Shown here: one piece after another, positions 1 to 14,149 of the stretch
How the letters are laid out: each line of letters starts with the position of its first letter
How positions within the stretch are numbered: the stretch's first letter is position 1
DNA from: the human T2T-CHM13v2.0 reference genome, Homo sapiens
DNA length: 64,000 nt
NCBI RefSeq assembly: GCF_009914755.1
Contig: NC_060930.1
Direction: 5' to 3' (one strand)
Position numbers and translations under genes: made by a program
The notes under the pieces: generated by a model
Database searches by the model: none
What the model saw: the letters and a program-made list of their open reading frames with translations, nothing else
Told to the model about the DNA's origin: nothing

Positions 1-2959
1 TCTTGTATCTTTGCAAATACTTTAATCACTTGCCTACAGAATTTTCATTTAGATCCAAAGAATCAGAATAAGCTCATTTTCATTTATAAATTTCATCTTT
101 TTCTGCTGTTTATGCCTCATCTTTTCTCTTCTACTCCTAAACAAAAGCTTGTGTTTTTAGCTCCCGTTTTCCAGATGATTGCTCTGTCTTTGCTGTCATT
201 TGTGCAGACGGCTTCAGAGTTCCTGCACAAGCATATAGTGCCATAAAAATAAGCCAGATTTTTTTAAAAAAATGTTTAAAACATAGTAAATCTGCTTTTG
301 CCTACTGTTTGACTTTCTCTTGGCTCACTGCCTGAGATCCATTAGGTACACTTGGAATATTCTAGCCCTGGACACGAAGGAAAGAATTTGCTTTTAAGAT
401 TGCTTTGTACTATTTAAAGTCAGAGATGATAGTAACCAGAACAATGGAATTGAGCCTTGTTGCCAAGTCTTTTGGTTTATGGCTCTTCCTTGGCTTTGGT
501 ATTCATTCTCATCTTTGCATCTGAGATGAGAAGTCCTATTTTGGTTAATGACAACTTCCCTCACACATGCCTAATCATCCTTAGAGGCAGACCTGGAGGC
601 TCTTTTGGTTGTTTAGGCATATGTTCATTTATAAACAAAAATGAGTGTATTCTGATTCTTCTGGTCTAAATGAAAATTCTATAGGCAAGTGATCAGTTAG
701 TAACCTATCCCACAAGACAGGGCAGGAAAAATTAGAAATGGAGAGTCATGGAAGCTGACTGTATTGGTGGACACCACGTTTTAACCATAGTATTGTTTGT
801 TTCTGGTTCCTAAGCACCAAGGGAAGTCTACTAGCATGCACACAAAGCCTCAAGAAGCTTCTTTACTTCAGGCATCTCCTTAGGCCACCTTGTTAAAGAA
901 TTTACTTTCATAATCAGTTTCTAAGAATCAGTATTTCTTTTCCTATTTTCCTCCACTTGGACATAACATGATTAGAACAAAGAGTTCTCATGCTTTGGGA
1001 CTGATCAGAATCATCACTAAAGAAAAGACTACCAACAGTCCTACCTTCATGTAGGAACTCTGTTGTTTTCCCTCCACTTGCACATCATAATGGCTGTGAG
1101 AAATGAGGCTCTGGAGGAAATCAATTCACATGGAGCCCCATCTTCTTGGAGGGCTCTCTGGGAGGGGCAACTGCACCAAGATTTTTGTTGAACCATATTT
1201 GCTGCAACGATGACGTGTCCATCACACTCATATCTCTCGAGAGGCCCCCTGGGAGATAGTGGCATTTTGCAGTGAGTGTGGCCTATTCTGGGTCATACCA
1301 AGGACTATTTGGATCTATCTAATTTAGGTAAATAATGATGAAATACATAGGGGTTTTCCCTGTCTTAAGAACTGGAGGATGTTTTCGAAGGGTTTCTTCA
1401 ATCAGTGGGAGGGTACAAACACTTGAAAGTATTCACACTGGATTACTGGGTAAGACAAATTGCTCATAGCCACCCAGGTTAGAAAGATTGGGATTTAACA
1501 TGACAACCAATCAGAGGCTGAATCGAATGGTTAAAGGGTCTGTGTCCCTTTGTAGAATAATCAGAGATTGTTAATGAAGCACAAACCAGAAAAATTGTTA
1601 TTAGGCTTGTAAGTGCTGGTAATATAATGTGTCCAAAAATACATGGCAAAGCTTACTCTCCCTTAAAAAGACACAAAATTTACACAAAAAAATTTTGTGA
1701 AATGTGTATGGTAAAATCTTTATAAAAGCTGTGAAATGTGCAATTGATTTGGAAAAGGGTTAATGCCAGAATATTTTAAAGCTTTACTCCCCTCCTTGCA
1801 GTGTAATCCAAAGATGTCTTCTGTTTTTTCCTTCCTTTATAAACTCAAACTCTTAATTGAAAAGCAGTCTGTGTTACTCAATATGAATGAAATAAGTACA
1901 CTTGGGTCAGGTGTAGGGTTGGGTTGCTTTGGACAGTTTAAAAAGATTCTCCTCTTAGCCCTTATCTGTTTGTTCCCTGAAGGATTTCTGTATCCCTTCA
2001 GGCAAACCAAGCAGTAGCAGCAGCAATAATCTTATTTACAAAGGGGGCAGGAGGGCAGAGGGCTGGAAATCCCAAGGGCTAGTGCTCAATATGGTCCCTG
2101 TCATCTTGAGATCAGAGGGTTTGCCCCAGCCCAGGTGAATAATGACCAAGAACACTTTGTGACTGATGACTCTGCTATGTATGGGGAGTTAATTGATGTC
2201 CCTCTGTTCCAAGTGAATAATCCACTTTCTAGCAATGATGGTAATGTCATCAAGTGGGAAAATACACAGCCAGCTAATGTAGAAACAAGATATAGAGTCC
2301 CCACCCCCACCCCGGACTCTCTTCTGGGCAAGCAGGAAGTGATACTTTTACAGATACATGCAATGCTTTTAAAAAATCTCCGAACTAGCAGAACTAGGAA
2401 AAAAGCTATCTAAACTTTGACCTTTTTGACTAATATTATGAATCTTCTCAGACCTCTGTAAACCACAACGCAGGTGCATCAAGAACAATTAATCACCTTA
2501 GCATCTATGACCCTTGGTTATCTGGCCCTCCGCCCTCATCCTCATTACTCTCCTTCACGTACCATGTCCCATACACATGAGACTATGTGTCATTCACTGG
2601 ACATATCACACTGTCTTACATCTCTCCCCTCTTACCCCCAACTCACCATAATTTATCTCCTTGGAGCTTCCTTTATCCCCATTTTTCCCTTTATTCTTTT
2701 CATAGCTAGCTCTTACTTTGTCTTCAGTGCTCTATTCAAGCATCACCTCTTCTTCCTAAATCAGGTATTTGTGCCCTTTCTAGTTTCCCATAGCCTCCTC
2801 CATTTTAGCATTGATTGCACTGTGTTGCAATTATCTTTTTAAGTGCTCACCTACTTTCATTAGATCTTCAGTAATTTGATGGTTCACCATGGTGGATATA
2901 TGCACAGCACAGTTCACTTATATAGAAATTGGCTTATGGGTCTCAACTCAGTAACCTAA

Positions 2960-3190
2960 TAGTTAAGAGTGAATCTGAGCTATACCACTTACTAGTTGTG
3001 TGATCTTCAGCAGGCTACCGTCTGTCAAACTGGAACATTAATACCTCACAGAGTGGCTGAGAAGATTAAATGAGATGATTCATCTCATACTAAATGAGAT
3101 AATTCATCTCATACTAAATGAGATAAATACCAATCATTGTTATCAATGCCAAGTACGAGGTAGGTTCTCAGTAAATACTTGCTAAATTGT
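2960..3190 (+). mobile_element. MIR (other probable MIR pieces near 3610-4370, 17560-18520, 21880-22020, 59150-59400)
   Basis: MIR core motifs CCACTTACTAGTTGTGTGATCTT and TACCTCACAGAG...GAAGATTAAATGAGAT. Confidence 0.65.
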
Positions 3191-5321
3191 ATTTTACAGT
3201 TTTCACAATTTACACTTCACTGGCTATCAGAGTATTATTTCCTCAATGATGTATTCTACGTACAAGTTAAAAATAAAAGAGAAGTTTTGTTTTTTTTTTT
3301 AAATAAGTGAGTTAAAATCAAAACAAGAAAGTGGCCAAAGGGCTGGAAAACTTGCTACTGTAGGTGGGACTAGGAATTATTTTAGTGCCTGGCTCTGGAG
3401 ATGAAATAAATCTAACTTCCCCTCAGCCACTCTTTCAGCTATCCAAGGTGTGTGATGATTCATATGAGGCCAAGTAACAAAGAACACAAATTTAATTTAT
3501 TTTGACATCCAGAATAAATTTGACAAAGTTTTTGAATTGCTGCTGTCTGGAAAGGGAAGGAAAGGAAATAGAAACATGTACCTCATCATACCCATGCTCC
3601 CTTGCAATGTGGTGTGATGGAAAGATCCAGAGTTTAGAGACAAAAGACCTGGGTTTGCATTCAAGAGCAACTTACTAACTACCCATGTGAACTTGGGCAA
3701 GATACTTGGCCTCTTTGAGCCTACATATGTAGAATTAGACATTTTTACATTATTTTTACTAGGCATTCTGGTAGGTAGAGGTGGTGGTTTTCATCTTTAA
3801 ACTTGTTAGCACATGGGAAATTTTCAATAAATACTTGTGGAATATATGGCTTTAACTGAAAGAAAAGTGAATAAAAGGAGGCACTGCTTAATAAAAATAA
3901 TTTGGGCTTTGGAATCAGGAAGTCCTGGGTTCTAACCATAGTTACCTTGTCTTTACCTCACAGAGTTTTCCTTTCGCTTATAACATGAAGTTAATAAGAG
4001 AGACATCACAAGGATGCTGTGAGGGTTAAATAATATATATAAAGTGCTGGCACAATGCCTGACACTCAGTAGGCACAATAAAATATAGTGTCTTTGTCCT
4101 GATCACTAGCTAAAGAACTGGTATAGACATTATTAACTGAATAAGCCAAAATGAAATATTCCAACACAGATTAATTCTAATACTTTACATTGTTGTAGCC
4201 TTTTGCAGGTCTCAAAGCTCTTCAAAACACTTTATACCATCTGATGTTACTGCTATTTTCAGAGCTGGCATTTTTACAGATGAGAAAATCGAATCAGGGG
4301 TTGTGGCTTGTTTGAGTCTAAACAGCTAGAAAGTGAGCACACACTTCTACATTTCCGCTACAAGCGGGTCTGCATCTACACAGCGGTAATTCCTCCTCCA
4401 GTGTTCTTTCCAACACAGTGGCTGTCTGGGTCAAAACTGGGTATCTTTGACATTTGTCATGATTCTGATATTAGCCAAAAAGATTGTGTACTCAGTAAGG
4501 AACATATGAACATTTTCAAATAGATCAGGCTTACCCAAAGTTGTATTCTATTATTATTAAAATAAACACGTGAAGTGCTGCATTAGTCATCTATTTCTTA
4601 GTGTTAAGAGAACAATTATTTGTTTGCTCTACAAATATTTGAGCATGTTCAATGTAATGAAGGAGGTGCTGCAGTTAATACTTGGGAGTCCCAGTGTCTG
4701 ATTTTTCTCTTAAGCTAAGATTGCAACTGTAATATTTTAATCACTCTTCCCATTTGTCAATTTCTTTTGTTCATTTCCCCTTTTTTTGGATGTGTCACAG
4801 GGAACTATGTAGTCTATAAGCCCAGGTATTTGTTATTTAATATTACCCAGAAACTTTTGAAGTGGTTAAGACAGTACTTAATGACCAGCATTTCTGAGGT
4901 GTTCGGAGACCAACCCATTACATATTTCACCTCCTAAGCTAACTAGATATATACCCTCCAAATTTCTCCTATCAGCATTCCAGGGGTAGGGAGTAAAGGA
5001 ACAATGATGATGTGTACTGTTCATTTTCTAAAATCCAGTATGGAGCCAAGAACTTTACATGTATCACCTTCAATCCAGGAAAAACTTACAGAATATTCTA
5101 GAGATGAGTATAGAAATTTTCCAGTTGGAACCATCCTTGAGGCAAACTGGAGTTTCTGCATGTCTTAATTGATTTTGTTTCTACATTATCCCAAATGTAT
5201 ATTCCAATATAGATAGTAACATATATTGATTGTGGATTAGTTTTTGAGTCTTAAGATACTCTATGAAGATACTAAATAAGTATCTTTCTCTCATCAAGTC
5301 TCAGTATGAAATTTAAGAGCT

Positions 5322-5645
<324 letters not shown>

Positions 5646-6364
5646 AAATTTAAGAGCTAAGAATATCTATCATTTGCTTTTTGTTAAGAAGCATTCAGCT
5701 TATGCACCCAGCCAGAGTTTACTAAAAGAGGCAGAATGATCGATTTTTGACTATAGTCATTAAAAAGCAAAGATAATCTACTCTCAATATTTCAACATAA
5801 TCTATTTTCAAATAGTTAATTACTTGAAAAATTAAAATCTTTCAAAATTGACTGCAAACACACATTATTTCAGACAGTAATATTTAAACTTCATTGTAAT
5901 GCTTTCTTCATTATAAAATTTAAAGGTATTTTCTCTTATTGTTCAAATTGAAATTATGAGTTTTTACAAACTGTGTTGAAAAGTACTTATCTCTTTTCTG
6001 TGGTTCAAAATATACAGTGCTCATAAATTCTTTCAATTTATATTGTACTATGTCTGTTAAGTCTCAATTTACACATTATGAATGGTATGTTTGTTTTAAT
6101 TTACTGCAAAATCAGTTAAAATCTTTAATGAAATAATGCTTTTTAAAGGTGTGGTGGCCTTTTCTGCTTTATTGTGTAAAAAATAGCTTTTTGTGTGTTT
6201 TTCCTATGGTAAAAATAAATAGATTAATCCAATATGTCCCCACTTTTCAAGTAGTCATTAGTGCTTTTTGAGGAATAAATTAGTTCAGCAATCTTTTAGA
6301 AATTAAATCCTTAGTATTTTGCCATCAGACTGTGAAATAAGGCAGAGTTCAAAGGCATTTTATG

Positions 6365-9300
6365 TTCTTCATGGTAATCTAGAATTTTTATTTGATTCCA
6401 GGTAACTTTGGACAATAGACATGATGAGATGTTTTCTCTTTGAATAAGTTAACAGTTTAATTACATTGAAATAAAATATACTGTGGGCTTAATACATTGT
6501 AAATATTACAGAAGAAGTACTACTTTGCTATAGTAATTTAATGACTGAAGCTACATTTAATAACAATCTTACCAGTACTTGTATACAAAGTATTATACAG
6601 ATTACTAACGAAGATATTGCAGTGGTTGCAACGATGTTACCAGCTCAACAAACATCTAACAATACAATATTCTTCTAAGAGGAAAAGTAATAATGTTAGA
6701 TTTACAGACAATAAAGAGTCATGTTTCCCGCTTGAAACATTGGAAATAAATTTGAATCCAGATACAAGAAAAGGTTTCCTTTCTTGGGAACTCTGATCCC
6801 CAGTAGGCCTAGTACAGTCAATTTACATGAAGATAGCTTTTAAGATGCCACGGCAATGTAAAGAAACTCTCCCATCCGAAAATTACTGATTTGTAGGCCA
6901 CTGCTCAAACATCTGACTTTTTAGAAACCTATTTACATACATTCAGCCCAAATCAGTAGATAGAATGTTTTTTTCTATATTACAATAGGCATTGTTAACA
7001 TTTCATCAGAAGGCCAGTGCAAGACAATTAATTGTTAATAGCCATTGCCCAGCATTTAGGAGATTTTAAAATATCATACAAATATACAGTTAGAGTGTGA
7101 GAAATCTAATTGTGTGCATGATATGGGTGGTCTCTTTTATGGACATGAAATGGCAGAAATTAATCAACAGGACAGTAACTATAGCGCTACTCATCCAGGG
7201 CCTAATTCTCATCTGGTGGTTGGGCCTATTTCCTGCAGAGTGGATTTAGGCAGCAAAAGGTCCTTGGCATTTAATACCAGATAGACTTAACTCAAAGTGC
7301 CAGAGAGGCTTGGAAATCATCTCAAGTGTAGGACAGATGTCTACAGCATCTCTCAGATTCATATCCTTTCACATATATTTCATACAAAATAAATCAGAGG
7401 TTCCTCTTGGAGGCAGCCCTACTTGTGCAAATGAAACATTCTAGGACTGATTCATCATGACTCTGATAAAAAAAAAAATGAGCAGGTTGGGAATTTGGCC
7501 CTTTCTGAACATGTGTGATGGTAAAATGCATGGTCAGGGCAAGTACATCATCCTCAGAGGAAAGTAAGATACCTCTGATGTCAGACCTTATAAAACTTAC
7601 TTAAATTTAAATCATTTAAATTAATGGATCTAATTATGGGGTTAATTAATGAGTGATATTAACAAATGGTAATTCTAATGAGTATATTCATTGGGGACAA
7701 TGTTTTCGTCACTTGGGTTAAGAAATGATATGAAAAGTTTCAAAGTGAATCTAACTAGTTTTAAACCTTTTTAAATGAAGGTTGTATAACATACGTGATG
7801 ATATTTCACAGATATTTCTTAGAATATCAATAAGCACCAAGTTTAGTGCTGTCAGCCCCATTGTCCCTTAATTTATTATATATGATTTAGATCTTGAAAG
7901 CACAACACACTATAAAATCTACACTGCATACGCACAAATGCAGTTTCAAAAATGAATCGTGAAATTTTTCTACCATAACAAGAATTTCTCTAGCTCTTCA
8001 TAGCTGTGAAAAGAGCATTGGTACTGCCTGGTGAGCTCTGAAACATGTGGATTAATGTTCAAGATGATGCAGGACAAAAGACTGGCAATTCTTAAATGCA
8101 AACTAAACCCTGGTGAGTTCTTCTTGTAAATAATCTCTCCTGTCTTTAGAAAGAGATCTTACTAATCCTCTAGCACCCTGAGCCTTCATCTGCACATGAC
8201 AGAGAGGTAAAGTAAGGGAGCCAGCAGGCAGATTCAAGGTGTGCAGACAGACAATGCAAAGTATCTCATAAGCCACATCCTGCCTTAGAGCGTGAACCGT
8301 AAGAAGGGGAACTGCCCCATCAGGCTGCTTGGGTATCTCGAGAGCTAGAAATCACCAGATAGATGCCAGCTCTGTACTTCACTTCAGACTATGTAAACCT
8401 TGGGGCCTTGTAGGAGTCATGTTTTATCTGTATAAGAAGAGATTATAATTAAAATTTGTCAGGGTTAAGTAGATTCTTCAGCAATATCATTCCTTACTGG
8501 AAAAAGGCCCAACAAGCACCCATGGCGCCATTAAGGAGCATGAGACCGGGGTGTAAGAAGAAAGCAGCTGTGTTTATCTTCATGCTTGAGTGTATCTTGC
8601 TAACCACGAGCAAAGGAGAGATTTGTTCCTTAGCCCAAACCTACCAAGACAGAGCTGGGTGCTCAGCTGTCACCAAGGGCATGTGGGCAAAGCACAGATA
8701 CAGCATAGCTAGACGTCAATGCCAAGTGTATCGGTTCTTCACTGCCGTTGTGTGTCTCATCCACTGTCTGATTCAGCTTTTTTAGCCACATGGGCTGGGT
8801 GTGATAGTCCTACTTTAACGTGATGTATATAGTGCATACTATCTACACACGCTATTGAAAAATGTTACCATTGTTTTTCTGTAGAACTGTCTTCCTTTTA
8901 GTGACTGACATATTGCTCAATATTCGGTGCTCAGAAACCAAAGTACTCTCCTTTCCTGGCAATAACACTACAAATACATCCCTTCCTTGGATGCCTGTCA
9001 TTATTTTTTGCTAAGCACTGGTCTTGTGTAATACCTAAAGGTCAATTTAGTAATACTTGATCCAATCTCTTAAGGAGGGATGGGGTGAAATTTTTGAATG
9101 GTTGGAGTCAGTATTTTTATCAACAAGATTACAGGAAGAACTCAATTTTAGAAACTGAATCCATGTGCAAGAGTGCAGCAAGTGGTAAAAGTTTATACTT
9201 GGTCACAGTTTTCTCACTTTATGACATTACTGTAACAGTTACAGGACAGAAACACACATACACACATTTATATTCACACTCACACACAGTATAATTTTAC

Positions 9301-10350
9301 TGATCCAGACACTACTTCTTTTCAATTAAAAAAAATGAAGACTGTTGTTTGGCCACCCAGGCATGAAATCTACTTAAACCTGGAATATAGGAACACAATA
9401 CTATTCAAGTAAACAGCAACTGCACAGTGATAACGATATACATTAAGATTAACACATGCTGTCTTAAGAGATCCAGTAATAGCTAAAGACTAAAGAAAGT
9501 CAGAGATGTCGCTCAAAAAAAGTCAATATGCTTTCTCTCTTCCATTCTGATTATAATCCATTAGAACAGCTATAGTCCAGAAGATAATGTGTCTTCCTAT
9601 GAAAATGCAGGGCTAATAAATTTTTAAGTATGAATGAATTCTGCTCAATATTTTGAAGTCTTCAAATTCTTCTTGTTGAGGTAACAGAAAAATAAACCTT
9701 TACGGTTATTTCAGTGTCAAAATTAAATAGAGATATTTGAAGAAATATTAAGGTTTATTTCTAAAGTTATATCATGGGCAATAATATAGAAAAAAAGTGC
9801 ACACATTGACACGTATCCACTGCTTGTCCATTGTTCTCATAAAAGTCTACCTTTCAGTTTTGCTGAACTAAACAAATATTAATAGCACATAAACACTGAT
9901 ACACATCTCACAGGACATAATACATTTTACAAAATATCTCTAGTACTATAACTTGTAAAAATGGACATCTCTGATACTACGGACAGTTACATTTCACATT
10001 ATAGTGAAAGTTGTGGTTACAAAGGCATTATTCATTTGATGGCATTTTTCCATGGGTTCTTAGACTTCCAATTGTGTAGCCAAAGGTTTCCCTCCTATTT
10101 CATTGAGACTTTGAAGGATCGTTCAGTCACTTAAACAACAGGCTTTCTTCACTGTAAACCCCTGGAGAATGGAGTTTGAGTACCTAAACTATGGAAACAT
10201 TAGCAAACTGATAAGTGATCATGGTGACAATCACCTTTTCATTGAGCATGGTAAAGTTAAAAAAATATAACCAAGGAGACAATAGACTCTTCTAGATTTT
10301 GAGCTTAAAAAAAAAAATTCTTTTCCTGTGCTGCCAGGGAGGCATCAGGC
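6365..10350 (-). other. CNR1: CNR1 3'UTR (~4 kb; 3' end approximate)
   Basis: AT-rich sequence with no recognisable repeats, running from the TGA to a distal AATAAA (6387-6392) / ATTAAA (6456-6461) pair; CNR1 is known to have a long 3'UTR. Confidence 0.85.
6387..6392 (-). terminator. Distal polyadenylation signal AATAAA (variant ATTAAA also at 6456-6461)
   Basis: Plus-strand TTTATT at 6387-6392 and TTTAAT at 6456-6461, ~4 kb after the stop codon. Confidence 0.75.
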
Positions 10351-11769
10351 TCACAGAGCCTCGGCAGACGTGTCTGTGGACACAGACATGGTTACCTTGG
10401 CAATCTTGACCGTGCTCTTGATGCAGCTTTCTGCGGCCCTGTGAACACTGGCTGCATTGTTTGCGTGTTTGTGCAGGCAGTCCGAGTCCCCCATGCTGTT
10501 ATCCAGAGGCTGCGCAGTGCCTTCACAAGAGGGAAACATGCTCCGGAAAGCGTGTCGCAGGTCCTTACTCCTCAGAGCATAGATGATGGGGTTCACGGTG
10601 GAGTTCAGCAGGCAGAGCATACTGCAGAATGCAAACACCGTCTTAATGAGCTTGTTCATCTTCCCAAAGACATCATACACCATGATTGCAAGCAGAGGGC
10701 CCCAGCAGATGATCAACACCACCAGGATCAGGACCAGGGTCTTGGCTAACCTAATGTCCATGCGGGCTTGGTCTGGCCGGGTCACCTGTACCTTCCCATC
10801 CTCAGACGTGTGGATGATGATGCTCTTCTGGGTGCCACGCTGAATCATGCGGACGGCGTGGCTGTGAGCCTTCCAGAGAATATACATGTACGCATACACG
10901 ATGAACAGAAGCAGTACGCTGGTGACCCCGATCCAGAACATCAGGTAGGTTTCATCAATGTGTGGGAAAATGTCTGAGCAAACAGATTGCAGTTTCTCGC
11001 AGTTCCAGCCCAGGAGAGGCAGCACGGCGATCACAATGGCTATGGTCCACATCAGGCAAAACGCCACCACGGCCTTGGGCCTGGTGACAATCCTCTTATA
11101 GGCCAGGGGCCTGTGAATGGATATGTACCTGTCGATGGCTGTGAGGAACAGGCTGCCCACGGAGGCAGTGAAGGAGGCCGTGACCCCACCCAGTTTGAAC
11201 AGAAACACGTTGCGGCTATCTTTGCGGTGGAACACGTGGAAGTCAATGAAGCTGTAGACAAAAATGACACTCCCCAGGAGGTCTGCCACCGCCAGGCTGC
11301 CGATGAAGTGGTAGGAAGGCCTGCAGCGGAGGCTGCGGGAGTGGAGGATGACGCACAGCACCAGGAGGTTCTCCAGGACCGTGAAGGTGCCCAGCGTGAG
11401 GGACAGGACTGCAATGGCCAGCTGCTGGCTGGGGTTCAGGACCATGAAACACTCTATGTCCATGAAGTTCTCCCCACACTGGATGTTCTCCTCATTCTCC
11501 TTGAAGGACGAGAGAGACTTGTTGTAAAATTCTGTAATGTTCACCTGGTCTGCTGGGACTAGCTGGGGGTTGTCTCCCGCAGTCATCTTCTCTTGGAAGG
11601 GACTTCCCCTAAAGGAAGTTAAAGGGAATTTCTGTGGGAAGTACCCTAATTTGGATGCCATGTCACCTTTGATGTCTTCGTACTGAATGTCATTTGAGCC
11701 CACGTACAGGAGGTCAGTGGTGATGGTGCGGAAGGTGGTATCTGCAAGGCCATCTAGGATCGACTTCAT
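10351..11769 (-). CDS. CNR1: Cannabinoid receptor 1 (CB1), class A GPCR, 472 aa
   Basis: Uninterrupted [24 protein letters not shown]...[11 protein letters not shown] matching human CB1; seven hydrophobic segments, DRY (AIDRYISI), CWxP (CWGP) and NPxxY (NPIIY) motifs, N-terminal sequons NIT/NKS. Confidence 0.99.
11500..11666 (-). other. CNR1: 167-nt exonic intron (CB1a isoform; uses alternative ATG at 11753)
   Basis: AAG|GTGACA donor at 11666 and ccttcaAG|GAG acceptor at 11500. Removal joins the shifted frame [29 protein letters not shown] to ENEENIQC..., matching CB1a. Confidence 0.85.
11609..11707 (-). other. CNR1: 99-nt exonic intron (CB1b isoform; removes aa 22-54 in frame)
   Basis: CT|GTACGT donor at 11707 and ttcctttAG|G acceptor at 11609; 99 nt = 33 codons, matching the described CB1b isoform. 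Confidence 0.85.
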
Positions 11770-11834
11770 AACCTCAGTCTTTGATTAGGCTGAGCTCAAA
11801 ATGACTGAGAAAGTGACCCACAGGGGGCAATCCT
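11770..11834 (-). other. CNR1: Splice acceptor and 63-nt 5'UTR part of the coding exon
   Basis: Minus strand reads tgttttccctcctcttAG|GATTGCCCCCTG; AG at 11834-11833, exon starts at 11832, 63 nt before the ATG. Confidence 0.92.
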
Positions 11835-12577
11835 AAGAGGAGGGAAAACAAATAAGCCGAATGGTGAGAAACAGGAAGAATAAAAACAAAGAGACACTGT
11901 AAATGTGGCAAATGTACTGTCATGGCAACTCATTCCTGTCTCTGAACAGTAGGAGGTCAAGTTCTCATCAGATTCAGTCAACAAAATGAGTAAGTCACTC
12001 AGAGAAAAGCTCCCCAAAGTTCAGGGATGGCGTGGCACATGCCAGAAATGTATCACCTTTTCATTATTTAAACCCTCTGTATTGAAGTCAGTGTGTGAAT
12101 CCAGGAAGGACCTCCAGGGCCAAGAAGACTGAACTAAATGAAATGTTTCTTGGGGACAATGTCCATTTCATAGTCACGTTAGGAAGTGTTTAGCACCTGG
12201 CTTCTCCTGTCACACACACATGGTATCCCAGTGCTGGTTGGGGCCGGCGAGAGCACTGATGTGTCACATGACCCCTACTCTTGGAGACTTCACCTTGTCA
12301 GACAAATGAGACTAAATGTAAAAGACAACCAAAGAATAAGACAGTGTAGAATCAAGTGATGAGTTGTGTGGTCTGTATGTTACTTGTAGCGGGGGAGGAG
12401 GGAGCTAGTGAGAACTGAGGAAGCTTGAGGCCATGTGGGGAGAGATGCTCCTCAAGACAAGTTTCTTCACCCAGAGAAGGGGAGGTCTGGACGGAGCCAT
12501 GGCTGACATGACTTCTAGGATGTCCACATCAACCAAGAAAAATGTCACAAAGACCAAACTTGCAATGAGGCGTATAG

Positions 12578-13027
<450 letters not shown>

Positions 13028-13505
13028 TGAACAGCTAAGAGGAAAGGCCCAAACTTTAAGGTTCTTCGATTCTAAGCTAAGCAATTTGGTTTTGTTTCAA
13101 AATAAACAGCCAGAGAACTGATCTTACTATTTATAAATTTTTGTTTAAAATGTGGGCTATTCATTTCTTTAGTTTATTTTTAAAAATTAGAAGTATAGAG
13201 TGATATCTATAACAATTAAAATAAGAATTAAAACAATATATTACTTGTTAATTGGCATTTGTTGTTCCTGAAACATATCACACTGTATGGGGTTGGGGGA
13301 GAGACAATCACTATTTCAGAACAAATTTTAAAAATGTTGAACTAACAATAAATGAGTTATTAATTCAGAGACCCTAATATCTGAATTAATAATTCATTTA
13401 TTCATGTATTAACAAATTATGGAGCATCCACTATGCACTTGTATTATGTCTAGCTACGGTACTAGACACTAGTGTTGACAGCATCAAGAAAGAGTCCCTG
13501 CCCTT

Positions 13506-13838
<333 letters not shown>

Positions 13839-14149
13839 CTAGCAGAGGAGGCAGACAGCTGACTCAGAAATTAAAAGAAAGCATGGGGAGAGCTACAATT
13901 GGGGACGTACAGGATGCTCTGGGGACACCCAGTCTAGAGGGCTGAAGGAGGTTTCCCCAAGGAAAAGATATTTATGCTAAGAATAGGTAGCATCACTGTA
14001 GGTGGGGACAGGACACAGAGTCAATGAAAATAATTTTATTTAATACCCTAGTGTCATGATTCTTAAGAAAAGTAATTTGGAACAGGCATAAAGTGTTAAA
14101 TGTGGCCCACCTTCCCACATTCTGCCACCTCCACTTCCAGGATCTCATC

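Noticed and set aside
1-5300. The known CNR1 downstream (AAT)n microsatellite
   Set aside because: No long (AAT)n tract is present; it presumably lies outside the window.
10411-10413. Thr453 codon ACG (c.1359, site of the common synonymous 1359G/A variant; G here)
   Set aside because: Well-known variant site with the common allele; nothing novel.
10441-11562. Antisense and alternative-frame ORFs (up to 191 aa) over the CNR1 CDS
   Set aside because: Expected shadows of a GC3-rich coding sequence; several lack ATG starts and none resembles a known protein.
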